Origin: Candidatus Thorarchaeota archaeon
GTDB taxonomy: Archaea > Asgardarchaeota > Heimdallarchaeia > Hodarchaeales > Hodarchaeaceae
Assembly: GCA_048882505.1 (NCBI GenBank)
Contig: JBHLRO010000028.1
Span: 1 to 32,000, forward strand
Reading direction: 5' to 3'
DNA length: 32,000 nucleotides
Every line of letters starts with the position of its first letter. Within the stretch, counting starts at the first letter, position 1. Below are positions 1 to 8,129 of the stretch, in pieces. The position numbers and the translations under genes were made by a program. The notes under the pieces are model-generated. The model saw only the letters and a program-made list of their open reading frames with translations. It did no database searches and was not told the origin of the DNA.

Positions 1-63
1 TTCAGCAACCGTCATGAACTCCTCATATGCTGGTACTTGATCCAGAATCTCATCTAAGTTCAT
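1..63 (-). CDS. 5' end of a gene running off the left edge; N-terminus resembles archaeal M14-type zinc carboxypeptidases
   Basis: Not in ORF track. ATG at 63-61 with GGAGG RBS (cctcc at 71-75). Translates MNLDEILDQVPAYEEFMTVAE, open to the window edge. Family call rests on recall of the VPxYxEFxTVxE N-terminal pattern only. Confidence 0.5.
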   Translation of the reverse strand, partial: MNLDEILDQVPAYEEFMTVAE

Positions 64-175
64 TTCATTACCTCCGAATTTTAAGACGTGAAGAAGAAGG
101 GGATTTAGAGCCCATAAAAAGGTTAACCAGAAATGACGATGTTTCTCCGAAATAATTTCGGAGGGGGTGTTTTGG

Positions 176-448
176 CTAGTACTCCCGAAGAAAAACCGTA
201 GATAGCTTGAATTTTTCGGGTAATATCACGTCTATTTCCAGTAAAACCTTTTCTAAAAGGGTTTTGAACTTTTTCATTTCTTGCTTTTGGCCGTGAATGG
301 GAATGGAGAGTTGGGGTTCTCGGGAGAACATGCCCTGGCTGTACCGACCAGAACAAAAGTAATATCGGCTCCAAAATGGCTTTGCATAATCGGTTTTAGG
401 GAATGGAAAATTCATATGATTCCTCATCCTTAAAATCCAGTAGTACAC
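176..448 (-). CDS. small hypothetical protein (start uncertain)
   Basis: 90-aa ORF filling the gap between the edge gene and 496; no recognisable motif. Confidence 0.25.
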   Translation of the reverse strand: MYYWILRMRNHMNFPFPKTDYAKPFWSRYYFCSGRYSQGMFSREPQLSIPIHGQKQEMKKFKTLLEKVLLEIDVILPEKFKLSTVFLREY

Positions 449-495
449 TTACCTTTATAGCAAGAGTAATAGGACTACGGTCATAGAATTTACAT

Positions 496-1824
496 ATGAG
501 CTTGCAGCAAAAAACTACGTGCTTTTACTGTAAAAAGATAAGTAGTTATGAATCTGATTATCCTTCTCGTGAAGGGGGCTTTACTACAGATGAAACAGCT
601 TTGAGGTGTGCGTTACATTCCCAATTCAAGTGTTTATATTGTAAAAAGTTTCATCATTTCAGCTGGCTATATTGGTGTCAAAATAAGCGACAACTCACCT
701 GTGGAGACTGTAATCCTCCCATTCTGAAACCACTAAAATTCTGGAGTACGACATATACGTACAGTTTTCACTGCTCACTATGTGAGGAGAATCACTATGA
801 TTTGTACTACGCTGAATACCAGGGTACACACCCCTGGCAAAATAGAATGAAGCGGTACGCAAAAGCAATCATAAAGGAAACTTCTAACAAAGAAGGATGG
901 ACCCCAAACCAGCCACGTGGAGGAAAGAAAATTTCACTCGAAGAGGCGTTAAGAATCCCAAATTCCACCTTAGATTTGAGAGAACCTTTCACAACAACTA
1001 AATTCCACTCTGTTCTAATAGATCAAGAGCAGCTCAAGCAATCCGATGTTCAGGACCAATGGGAAGAAACAAGCAACCAATGGATCGAATTAATAGATAA
1101 AACTACCCAAGAAGACAAAGGGGATCTGAACAGACAACTGATCATTGATCCTGCTATGTGGGAGATCATAGGAGACGTCAAAGAATTAGCGGTTTTGGAT
1201 GCAGGATGTGGGAATGGATATTTCAGTCGTATCCTTGCTCAAAAAGGGGCCATCGTATCAGGAGTCGATCAATCAAGGGTATTTATTGATTTTTGTAAAA
1301 AAAGAGAGAAAGAGGAAGCCCTTGGGATAAAATACCATGTCCAAAGTCTAGAAGACCTAGTAATATTTGAGAATGATAGCTTTGATCTAATTGTATCAAA
1401 CATTGTGTTTGTAGACGTCCTAGATTATAAGACTGCATTCAAAGAAATGGGAAGAATATTAAAGTCGTCGGGGAGGTTTGTATGGTCAAATTTACATCCT
1501 ATCTTCGGTCGGGTTAGTAACCTCTTTTATCGTATACCTTCGGACACTCCTCGGAATGAAGAACGGTTATATGTGATGATTGATAGATATTTTGATTCAG
1601 GAGGGACTTTAATATCCTGGGGAACTCTAAAGCCAATATGGCAATTCGATCGAACGTTATCCGAATATGTCACGGCCTTGAAAGAAGCAGGTTTTGTAAT
1701 TCGTGATATAGTTGAGCCAAAACCGAGTATTGATGTAATTAAAAAGCATCCCCGAAATCTTGCCTTCGATACTGACAGAATTCCATTCTTCATAATCTAT
1801 GAGTGTGTAAAATTTGCCGATTAA
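496..1824 (+). CDS. class I SAM-dependent methyltransferase with N-terminal Cys/His-rich zinc-binding domain
   Basis: SAM motif I VLDAGCGNGY, motif II SGVDQS, SFDLIVSN, and GRFVWS. The first 100 aa contain CxxC, CxxH, CxxC, CxxC and CxxC-x3-H. Confidence 0.85.
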   Translation: MSLQQKTTCFYCKKISSYESDYPSREGGFTTDETALRCALHSQFKCLYCKKFHHFSWLYWCQNKRQLTCGDCNPPILKPLKFWSTTYTYSFHCSLCEENHYDLYYAEYQGTHPWQNRMKRYAKAIIKETSNKEGWTPNQPRGGKKISLEEALRIPNSTLDLREPFTTTKFHSVLIDQEQLKQSDVQDQWEETSNQWIELIDKTTQEDKGDLNRQLIIDPAMWEIIGDVKELAVLDAGCGNGYFSRILAQKGAIVSGVDQSRVFIDFCKKREKEEALGIKYHVQSLEDLVIFENDSFDLIVSNIVFVDVLDYKTAFKEMGRILKSSGRFVWSNLHPIFGRVSNLFYRIPSDTPRNEERLYVMIDRYFDSGGTLISWGTLKPIWQFDRTLSEYVTALKEAGFVIRDIVEPKPSIDVIKKHPRNLAFDTDRIPFFIIYECVKFAD

Positions 1825-1826
1825 AT

Positions 1827-1858
1827 AAGAGAAGAAGAAATTTCCTTGTTTCCTCTCT
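1827..1858. terminator. possible bidirectional terminator between convergent genes
   Basis: Purine tract (agagaagaagaaa) directly followed by a pyrimidine tract (tttccttgtttcctctct) between the stops at 1824 (+) and 1890 (-), giving a T-rich run on each strand. Confidence 0.3.
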
Positions 1859-1889
1859 GAGGAGGGAAATGACTGAGCATGTTGCTCAA

Positions 1890-2660
1890 TCAATTCCGGC
1901 TATTATAGAAATTGTTGAAATTTTTACCGACGATAGTTAAAAGAATAATCAAGGTAAACAATCCTGCGGTTCCAGCAACGATAGTACTTGTCGCGAATTG
2001 TTTGACAATAATTCCTATGAATGCCCAAACAGCAACTAATCCGTATGCAACGTCATTTCTGGTCATAACTAAAATCATTGCGAGAACAGTCGCGACAAAT
2101 AGCACGATTCCTGTCCAAATTTCAGCCCCAACACCGAATCCATCCCAATCTATTGATAAGAAGAATACAGTAGTGTTGGCTATTGTGGCTACGGAGATCC
2201 AACCCAGATATACACTGAAAGGGACGTGAACTGCCCACTTTGTTCGTGGGTCAACCTCTATCAGTCCTATTTTTAATCGCCAATAGATCCCAATCAGAGT
2301 AAACAGAAGTCCAATCATTACGACCAAGGAGAGGAAGATCTGTTCGTAATGCCATAGAAAGATCCAAAGTGAATTAAAGATATTACTGATAATAAAAAGA
2401 CCTGAAAGAGCCGAATCGAATACTTTTTCTCTATTAACGGTCTGATAGAGCACGAAGACAATTAATAACGTATATATTATGCTCCAAATCGAAAAGACAT
2501 ATCCAGCTGGCGTAAAGGGGTTAGGATAGCCATCGGATAGTTCTTGGGTCGTTTTACCATTTAATGGGAGTGTAATTGCCAAAAAGTTGACAATTACCGT
2601 CATAATTAATGATATTATGTTTCCTATTGTAAACAACGAATTTTTTTCAGTTGATAACAT
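1890..2660 (-). CDS. TspO/MBR-related tryptophan-rich sensory membrane protein (long, about 8-TM form)
   Basis: PNPFTPAGYVFSIWSIIY, FNSLWIFLWH, and PFSVYLGWISVATIAN motifs; Trp-rich TM helices; AGGAG RBS upstream of ATG 2660. Confidence 0.75.
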   Translation of the reverse strand: MLSTEKNSLFTIGNIISLIMTVIVNFLAITLPLNGKTTQELSDGYPNPFTPAGYVFSIWSIIYTLLIVFVLYQTVNREKVFDSALSGLFIISNIFNSLWIFLWHYEQIFLSLVVMIGLLFTLIGIYWRLKIGLIEVDPRTKWAVHVPFSVYLGWISVATIANTTVFFLSIDWDGFGVGAEIWTGIVLFVATVLAMILVMTRNDVAYGLVAVWAFIGIIVKQFATSTIVAGTAGLFTLIILLTIVGKNFNNFYNSRN

Positions 2661-2714
2661 GCGCGTTTGCTCCTAATTTTGTAATCTGTGGTTTTTTCAC
2701 GTGTTTTACCCAAT

Positions 2715-3665
2715 CTATGGTTTTACTGAATTGGGAAGAATATCGTGAATGAATACAAACAAATGATGATCTGAGGTGATCTGAGTATCTACTTCACCGA
2801 AAATATTTCCATGTTTTTGTAGGGCTTGTCCGCCTACTGCGATTTTTATCCTATCCTTGAAATGGGCTTTAATCTCCCTTATTTCCCGCAACAAGGTTCC
2901 GATAAATGCGTCAATAGTGACTGAAAAGCATATCCAGTCAGGTTTGATAGCCTGATCTTCTATATACTGAATTAATGATTTTATTGGTAGGGTTCTCCCC
3001 AAATTGACAACTCGATGTCCATTTTCACGCAGTAATAGCTCCAAGGCCAGTAATCCTATTACATGCTCTTCTCCCTCAACGGTAACCAATAGAACTGTTG
3101 CCTTGCTTTTATCCAGTTTTTGGGGAATCAACTGGATGATAAATTTCTCCAGCCTTGACGAAATGACATGTTCTTCGGCTGTCGTGAGAATTCCTTCCTC
3201 CCATCGTCTCCCTACTTCAACTAATAATGGTTTAATGAATGCGGTAACCAGCTGAAAGTGATCACTATATCTATCAGCGATTTCCTTGTTGAATATCACC
3301 ATATCATAGTCGTCGGAGATCAGGTTCTCGATATACGTGTCAAGAAGCTCTTGAAAGGAATGGTTTACATCATCTTGTAAGACAGTTTCTGATTTGGGCG
3401 GCACATCTCCAGGGGGCGGATTGTATTCTTTGGGATGAATATATCGGTGTTCAATGATATCATTTGCAAGTGTGATAACTGTATACTTACCCCGCTTGAG
3501 TGGTCGTCTTTCAATATTGATTAAGTTACGATATTGAAGTTCCTTGATCGCGTTAGAGATTGTTGAAAGTTTAAGGTTACAGGATACTTTGATTTCTGAA
3601 ACGGGGATTTCTCTTCCTCTATTTAACCTAAGATAATTTAGGATGACTTCTTTTGATGATGTCAA
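2715..3665 (-). CDS. cobalamin-binding transcriptional regulator, CarH/LitR-like sensor with N-terminal winged HTH
   Basis: aa 5-67 wHTH (VSEIKVSCNLKLSTISNAIKELQYRNLINIER), then a Pro-rich linker. Cap domain W155-x9-E165-H166. Rossmann B12 motif E199-x-H201-x2-G204, S248-x-T250, G278-G279. TTG start. Confidence 0.85.
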   Translation of the reverse strand: MTSSKEVILNYLRLNRGREIPVSEIKVSCNLKLSTISNAIKELQYRNLINIERRPLKRGKYTVITLANDIIEHRYIHPKEYNPPPGDVPPKSETVLQDDVNHSFQELLDTYIENLISDDYDMVIFNKEIADRYSDHFQLVTAFIKPLLVEVGRRWEEGILTTAEEHVISSRLEKFIIQLIPQKLDKSKATVLLVTVEGEEHVIGLLALELLLRENGHRVVNLGRTLPIKSLIQYIEDQAIKPDWICFSVTIDAFIGTLLREIREIKAHFKDRIKIAVGGQALQKHGNIFGEVDTQITSDHHLFVFIHDILPNSVKP

Positions 3666-3708
3666 GAGGTGTTCCCGCAGTTATTGTTCAATATCGGATA
3701 TGATTTAA

Positions 3709-4653
3709 CTAAATTTTCCTTAGGTATTCTAGTCTTACTTTAGAGGCGAGAACAAGTTTTCGAACCTTTGATACAACAGCCCTCTGGGTTAAAATTTGAT
3801 AATCTTGCCGTTTGATCTCATTCAAAATCTCACCATAAACTCTTGAGGCAACTTTAACCGTGTAAGCGGCTGCAGGTGGTAAATCATCAATTCCCAGATC
3901 TGCCTGCTTATAATAGCTATTCGCTCTTTCTGATTCATATCGGATTAATCGTTTCAAATCCTCAGTGACTACGTCCTTTTCAAGATCTACCGTTGAAACA
4001 TTATACATTTTTCTAGTTTTTTCAGGCAGATAAATACGTCCTTTATTGAAATCTTCCTTAATATCACGTAGTATATTTGTCAGTTGCATGGCTTTACCAA
4101 GATCTGATGCCCTTGCCAATGTACTAGGGGCAGGGTTGTCTAGAAAGATATAGGTCATCATTAGGCCAACAGTGCTAGCGACGCGGTACATATACAGGTC
4201 TAATTCTTCATCAGTTTTGTATTCCTTCTTTATTAAGTCCATACGAACACCTTCTATTAATTCATGCATGTATTCGATCGGAATACGATGTTTACGAATT
4301 GTGTCTCCGAAGGCCTGTAAAATCGGCTCCGATGACGTGTACCCGTGAGCTAATCGTGTAATCGTTTCTTTGAGATTATCTAGTTCCGCATTAATAGCCT
4401 CATTGGATGTGCCGTCCGGCGTCTCATCTACGATGTCATCGGTCAAACGACAGAATGCATATAACGCGGCAACAGATTTACGTTGCTCTGAGGGGAGAAA
4501 CCGGGACGCGAAGTAGAAAGACTTACTGTGGATTTCCATCCACTCCAGACAATGATTATAGCTTTCTTCAAGAGATTCCTTGACAAGATTGAACCTATTA
4601 TTCCAAGTTTCTGGAATTAACCCATAGTTCGTCTGTTCATGTGTTGAATACAT
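3709..4653 (-). CDS. crtB: phytoene synthase
   Basis: HSKSFYFASRFLP, YAFCRLTDDIVDE (first Asp-rich motif), YMYRVASTVGLMM, LGKAMQLTNILRDIKED (second motif), and GRIYLP. Confidence 0.95.
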   Translation of the reverse strand: MYSTHEQTNYGLIPETWNNRFNLVKESLEESYNHCLEWMEIHSKSFYFASRFLPSEQRKSVAALYAFCRLTDDIVDETPDGTSNEAINAELDNLKETITRLAHGYTSSEPILQAFGDTIRKHRIPIEYMHELIEGVRMDLIKKEYKTDEELDLYMYRVASTVGLMMTYIFLDNPAPSTLARASDLGKAMQLTNILRDIKEDFNKGRIYLPEKTRKMYNVSTVDLEKDVVTEDLKRLIRYESERANSYYKQADLGIDDLPPAAAYTVKVASRVYGEILNEIKRQDYQILTQRAVVSKVRKLVLASKVRLEYLRKI

Positions 4654-4707
4654 CGTTTTGTCACTTACGAGAGTTTTATTTCTTGAGTAGGGCTTTTTTC
4701 CACATTA

Positions 4708-4763
4708 TTTATAAACTTCATGAAGCGATATTCATTTCATGAAATATATGAATTTTCATGTAA
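4708..4763. promoter_or_regulatory. divergent crtB/crtI promoter: palindromic TATA box plus three-fold palindromic operator array
   Basis: TTTATAAA at 4708-4715. CTTCATGAAG at 4716-4725, TTTCATGAAA at 4735-4744 and TTTCATGTAA at 4754-4763, with centres exactly 19 bp apart. Confidence 0.6.
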
Positions 4764-4784
4764 TCAGGGTCAGTAGAAAATAAA

Positions 4785-6383
4785 TTGATGAAAATACCTA
4801 AAACTGAAATAAATACTATCGGAGACGTATTTCCAATGATTAAGGAAGAAAATGGAAGATTTAAAACCCACAAAGACCAGGTCATCATTATTGGTTCGGG
4901 TTTCGGGGGTTTAGCAGCAGGAATCCGTATGCAGAATGCTGGTTTCAAGGTTAAAATACTGGAAAGGCGAGATCAAATCGGTGGTAGAGCTGGAGTCTAT
5001 AAGATTGATGGATTCAGCTTTGATGCTGGACCAACAGTGATAACGGCGCCTTTTATATTTGAAGATTTATTCAAATTGGCAAACCGTGATATAAATAATT
5101 ATATGGAGCTTTTACCGGTAACACCGTATTATCGAATTCATTTTGATGATCAAACTTATTTTGATTATGGTCATCCCGAAGATAATATTCCTCAAATCGC
5201 GGAAATGAGTCCAAAGGACGTAGAGGGGTATGAAAAGATGCTGGAAGCCATTGAACCTATATTCAAAAAAGGGTTCCAAGAGCTCTCGTTTAAACCCTTT
5301 ACAACGTTCTCTAGCATGCTTAAGGTTGCTCCTTCGTTACTTAAGCTTCAATCATATCGCTCCAATTACAATTTTGTATCAAAGTACATCAAAAATGAAA
5401 AATTACGCCGTGTTTTCTCATTTCATCCCCTCCTCATAGGGGGAAATCCCTTTACTGTCCCTTCAATTTACAGCTTGATCCAGTATTTAGAAAAGACATA
5501 TGGGGTTTGGTTTGTCAAGGGTGGAACGACAAGTCTTGTTCACGGACTTGCTACTCTTTTTACCGAATTAGGTGGAAAAATCATATTAAATGCTGAAATC
5601 TCAGATATTAACATAGAGAATGGCCGAGTTACTGGAGTAACAACTGAGGATGGGCATAAATATCCGTCTAATACTGTGATTTCGAATGCCGATGTTGCAT
5701 TTACCTACACCAAACTGATAGAGAGCAAATGGCGTAAAAAGAATTCAGATAAACGCTATAAAAAGGCAAAATATAGTATGGGACTCGTGGTCATCTACTT
5801 TGGAACCAAAAAACAATATCCAGACATGAAACACCACACAATACTTCTAGGAAGTCGTTATAAAGGATTACTTGAGGATATATTCAAGAATAAAGTTTTA
5901 TCGGATGATTTTTCTAGTTATTTGCATGTTCCAACTCGAACAGACCCCAGCCTAGCTCCAGAAGGCCATGAAACCTTTTACATCCTAATTCCAGTACCTC
6001 ATCTGGATTCGGGAGTGAATTGGGAGGAGTTAGCTGAGCCCTTCAAAGAAAAAGTCTTTACTTTTTTGGAGGAGAATTACCTTCCTGATCTCAAGGAAAA
6101 TTTGGTTGTCGAAAAGGTGTTCACTCCGCTAGATTTTCACACCGAATACCTCGCTACCAAAGGATCGGGATTCTCTCTTGAACCTATTTTTACTCAATCG
6201 GCTTGGTTCAGACCTCATAATCGATCAGAAGATATAGAGGGTCTTTACTTCGTGGGAGCTGGAACTCATCCCGGTGCTGGCCTCCCTGGCGTTGTTTCAA
6301 GTGCTAAAATCACCACAGATCTAATTCTGGAAGATCTTAATGGTGGTTCACCTAATCTTGCCCCTGGAGCTTCCATTAATTAA
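4785..6383 (+). CDS. crtI: phytoene desaturase (CrtI-type FAD-dependent carotenoid desaturase)
   Basis: IIIGSGFGGLAAG FAD motif, FDAGPTVIT, FSFHPLLIGGNPF, and C-terminal YFVGAGTHPGAGLPGVVSSAK signature. Start may be ATG 4788. Confidence 0.95.
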   Translation: MMKIPKTEINTIGDVFPMIKEENGRFKTHKDQVIIIGSGFGGLAAGIRMQNAGFKVKILERRDQIGGRAGVYKIDGFSFDAGPTVITAPFIFEDLFKLANRDINNYMELLPVTPYYRIHFDDQTYFDYGHPEDNIPQIAEMSPKDVEGYEKMLEAIEPIFKKGFQELSFKPFTTFSSMLKVAPSLLKLQSYRSNYNFVSKYIKNEKLRRVFSFHPLLIGGNPFTVPSIYSLIQYLEKTYGVWFVKGGTTSLVHGLATLFTELGGKIILNAEISDINIENGRVTGVTTEDGHKYPSNTVISNADVAFTYTKLIESKWRKKNSDKRYKKAKYSMGLVVIYFGTKKQYPDMKHHTILLGSRYKGLLEDIFKNKVLSDDFSSYLHVPTRTDPSLAPEGHETFYILIPVPHLDSGVNWEELAEPFKEKVFTFLEENYLPDLKENLVVEKVFTPLDFHTEYLATKGSGFSLEPIFTQSAWFRPHNRSEDIEGLYFVGAGTHPGAGLPGVVSSAKITTDLILEDLNGGSPNLAPGASIN

Positions 6384-6397
6384 ACGGAGGAGGATAT

Positions 6398-7231
6398 ATG
6401 TTAACCTACTTAGATTTTCTTATCTATTTCATTTTTTTACCCTTTTTTGGGGTTTTCCTCATAAATTTATTTGAATCACGTAGGAAAAAAGGCAAAAAAC
6501 AGACGTTATTAGGAATTAATCCCGTGATGGGGCTTTTTATTTTAAGTACAATTGCTTTAATTTATACTACGCCTTGGGATAATTATTTGGTGGCAACAGG
6601 TGTTTGGTTTTATGAACTAAATCAGATTTTGGGGATCATCATTGGTTTTGTACCAGTCGAGGAGTACATCTTTTTTGTTGTCCAACCCCTATTGGTCGGT
6701 TCAATCGTCATATGGGGTCTAAATTATTATCAACCCAGCTCAATACAACCAAAAAGCAGATCCTTAATAAGATCAATCGGTTTCTTGACGTTTTTCTTAC
6801 CGTGGATTCTCTCTCTCATCATTTTTATTTTAGATTTTCCGAATGGAACGTATTTAGCGTTAATCATTATGTGGTTTTTCCCTCCTATTCTACTCCAATT
6901 GGGATTTGGAGCTGATATTCTCTGGAGTCATCGAAAACTCGTTTTACTCGCGATCCTCATTCCATCCCTTTATCTCTCCGTGGTTGATGCATACGCAATC
7001 TTCAATGGTGTGTGGACGATAGCTCCAACAACCTCTTTAGGCATTTTGATTGGTGGAGTTCTGCCATTAGAAGAAATGGTTTTCTTTTTTGTCACAAACA
7101 TTCTGATTGTCTTTGGTTTTATACTACTGATGGATGTTCATAGTCAAAAACGGATGAGATCATTAGTAACGTTCCTGAAAAACGTGTTATTATACAGATT
7201 TATTGGTAAAGAAAAGAGAACCGTGTCATAA
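6398..7231 (+). CDS. crtY: lycopene beta-cyclase, fused two-repeat membrane (CrtYcd) type
   Basis: Two repeats: YTTPWDNYLVATGVW...GFVPVEEYIFF and VVDAYAIFNGVW...GVLPLEEMVFFF. GGAGGAGG RBS 15 nt after the crtI stop. Confidence 0.9.
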   Translation: MLTYLDFLIYFIFLPFFGVFLINLFESRRKKGKKQTLLGINPVMGLFILSTIALIYTTPWDNYLVATGVWFYELNQILGIIIGFVPVEEYIFFVVQPLLVGSIVIWGLNYYQPSSIQPKSRSLIRSIGFLTFFLPWILSLIIFILDFPNGTYLALIIMWFFPPILLQLGFGADILWSHRKLVLLAILIPSLYLSVVDAYAIFNGVWTIAPTTSLGILIGGVLPLEEMVFFFVTNILIVFGFILLMDVHSQKRMRSLVTFLKNVLLYRFIGKEKRTVS

Positions 7232-7243
7232 GAGTGAATAATC

Positions 7244-7720
7244 ATGTCTAAAGTGCAATCCAACTCGATTTTGAGAATAAATCTATCTAAATCTTATTTT
7301 CGGGTAGTAATTCTCCTCACATATCTATTGGGGATATCATTAATGCTGGTGCGGATTATCACCAACAGTACGTTTGCTGAGCTTATACCTTTCTGGTACG
7401 ATGCATTAGTAGCATTAGGAGGGATTTACGGAGGTGGATTATTACTATTGGCGCTAAGGAAATCAAAAATAGTCATTTCTCACCCCGTAGACAGATTTGC
7501 TTTCTATTTAATTGCATTTCACTTATTGGCGGCAACAATTGGGCATGTTGCTATGATTTTAATCCAAAACCATGAGATACTGAACCTCATTTCTCTTGAA
7601 ATGGTATATCTCCTTCTCGGAGGAATGATCACACTAACATTGTACAGTTTCAGAATCAAAGGGGATTACCACAAGGAAAAGTCCACGAAGATTCCCAGTA
7701 TTAATCCGTACAAACAGTGA
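7244..7720 (+). CDS. hypothetical 4-TM membrane protein, likely last gene of crtI-crtY operon
   Basis: Starts 12 nt after the crtY stop; four hydrophobic segments; overlaps the convergent gene by 55 nt. Confidence 0.65.
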   Translation: MSKVQSNSILRINLSKSYFRVVILLTYLLGISLMLVRIITNSTFAELIPFWYDALVALGGIYGGGLLLLALRKSKIVISHPVDRFAFYLIAFHLLAATIGHVAMILIQNHEILNLISLEMVYLLLGGMITLTLYSFRIKGDYHKEKSTKIPSINPYKQ

Positions 7721-8112
7721 TTTCCTATACTTATGTAAACAAATTTTGGATAGGAGAAAAGATTATTGCCAGTTAACCATTTATGGACAGGTGCTAACGT
7801 TACCAGCCACACAATCAGTGCATATGTTACCCCTACCACCACTAATATGTTTTCCATTTTCAACAAACTTACTAGAACAAGAAAGGGAATGGCGAGTAAT
7901 CCCCCATTGAAGAAATGGAGCAGATATACCAAGATGTTCGTTTCTTGGATTGGCCTTCCGAGGAATTTTTCTATCATACCTTTCGACTCATCCCACTCTA
8001 AAACACCTTGAAATCCCCATTTACGCCAAACGAGAATATTTCCAATTGACATAATCCCAGTCGCTAATATTCCCATTATAAATCCTTTAACGATTAGAAA
8101 AAAAATGTCCAT
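7666..8112 (-). CDS. 4-TM membrane protein with conserved His (DUF6789-like), paralogue 1
   Basis: GILATGIM, LLHFFNGG, YALIVW, HKWLTGNN, NHCLYGLILG. Confidence 0.7.
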   Translation of the reverse strand: MDIFFLIVKGFIMGILATGIMSIGNILVWRKWGFQGVLEWDESKGMIEKFLGRPIQETNILVYLLHFFNGGLLAIPFLVLVSLLKMENILVVVGVTYALIVWLVTLAPVHKWLTGNNLFSYPKFVYISIGNHCLYGLILGIFVDFSLW

Positions 8113-8129
8113 ACAAGCGCCACTTCATG

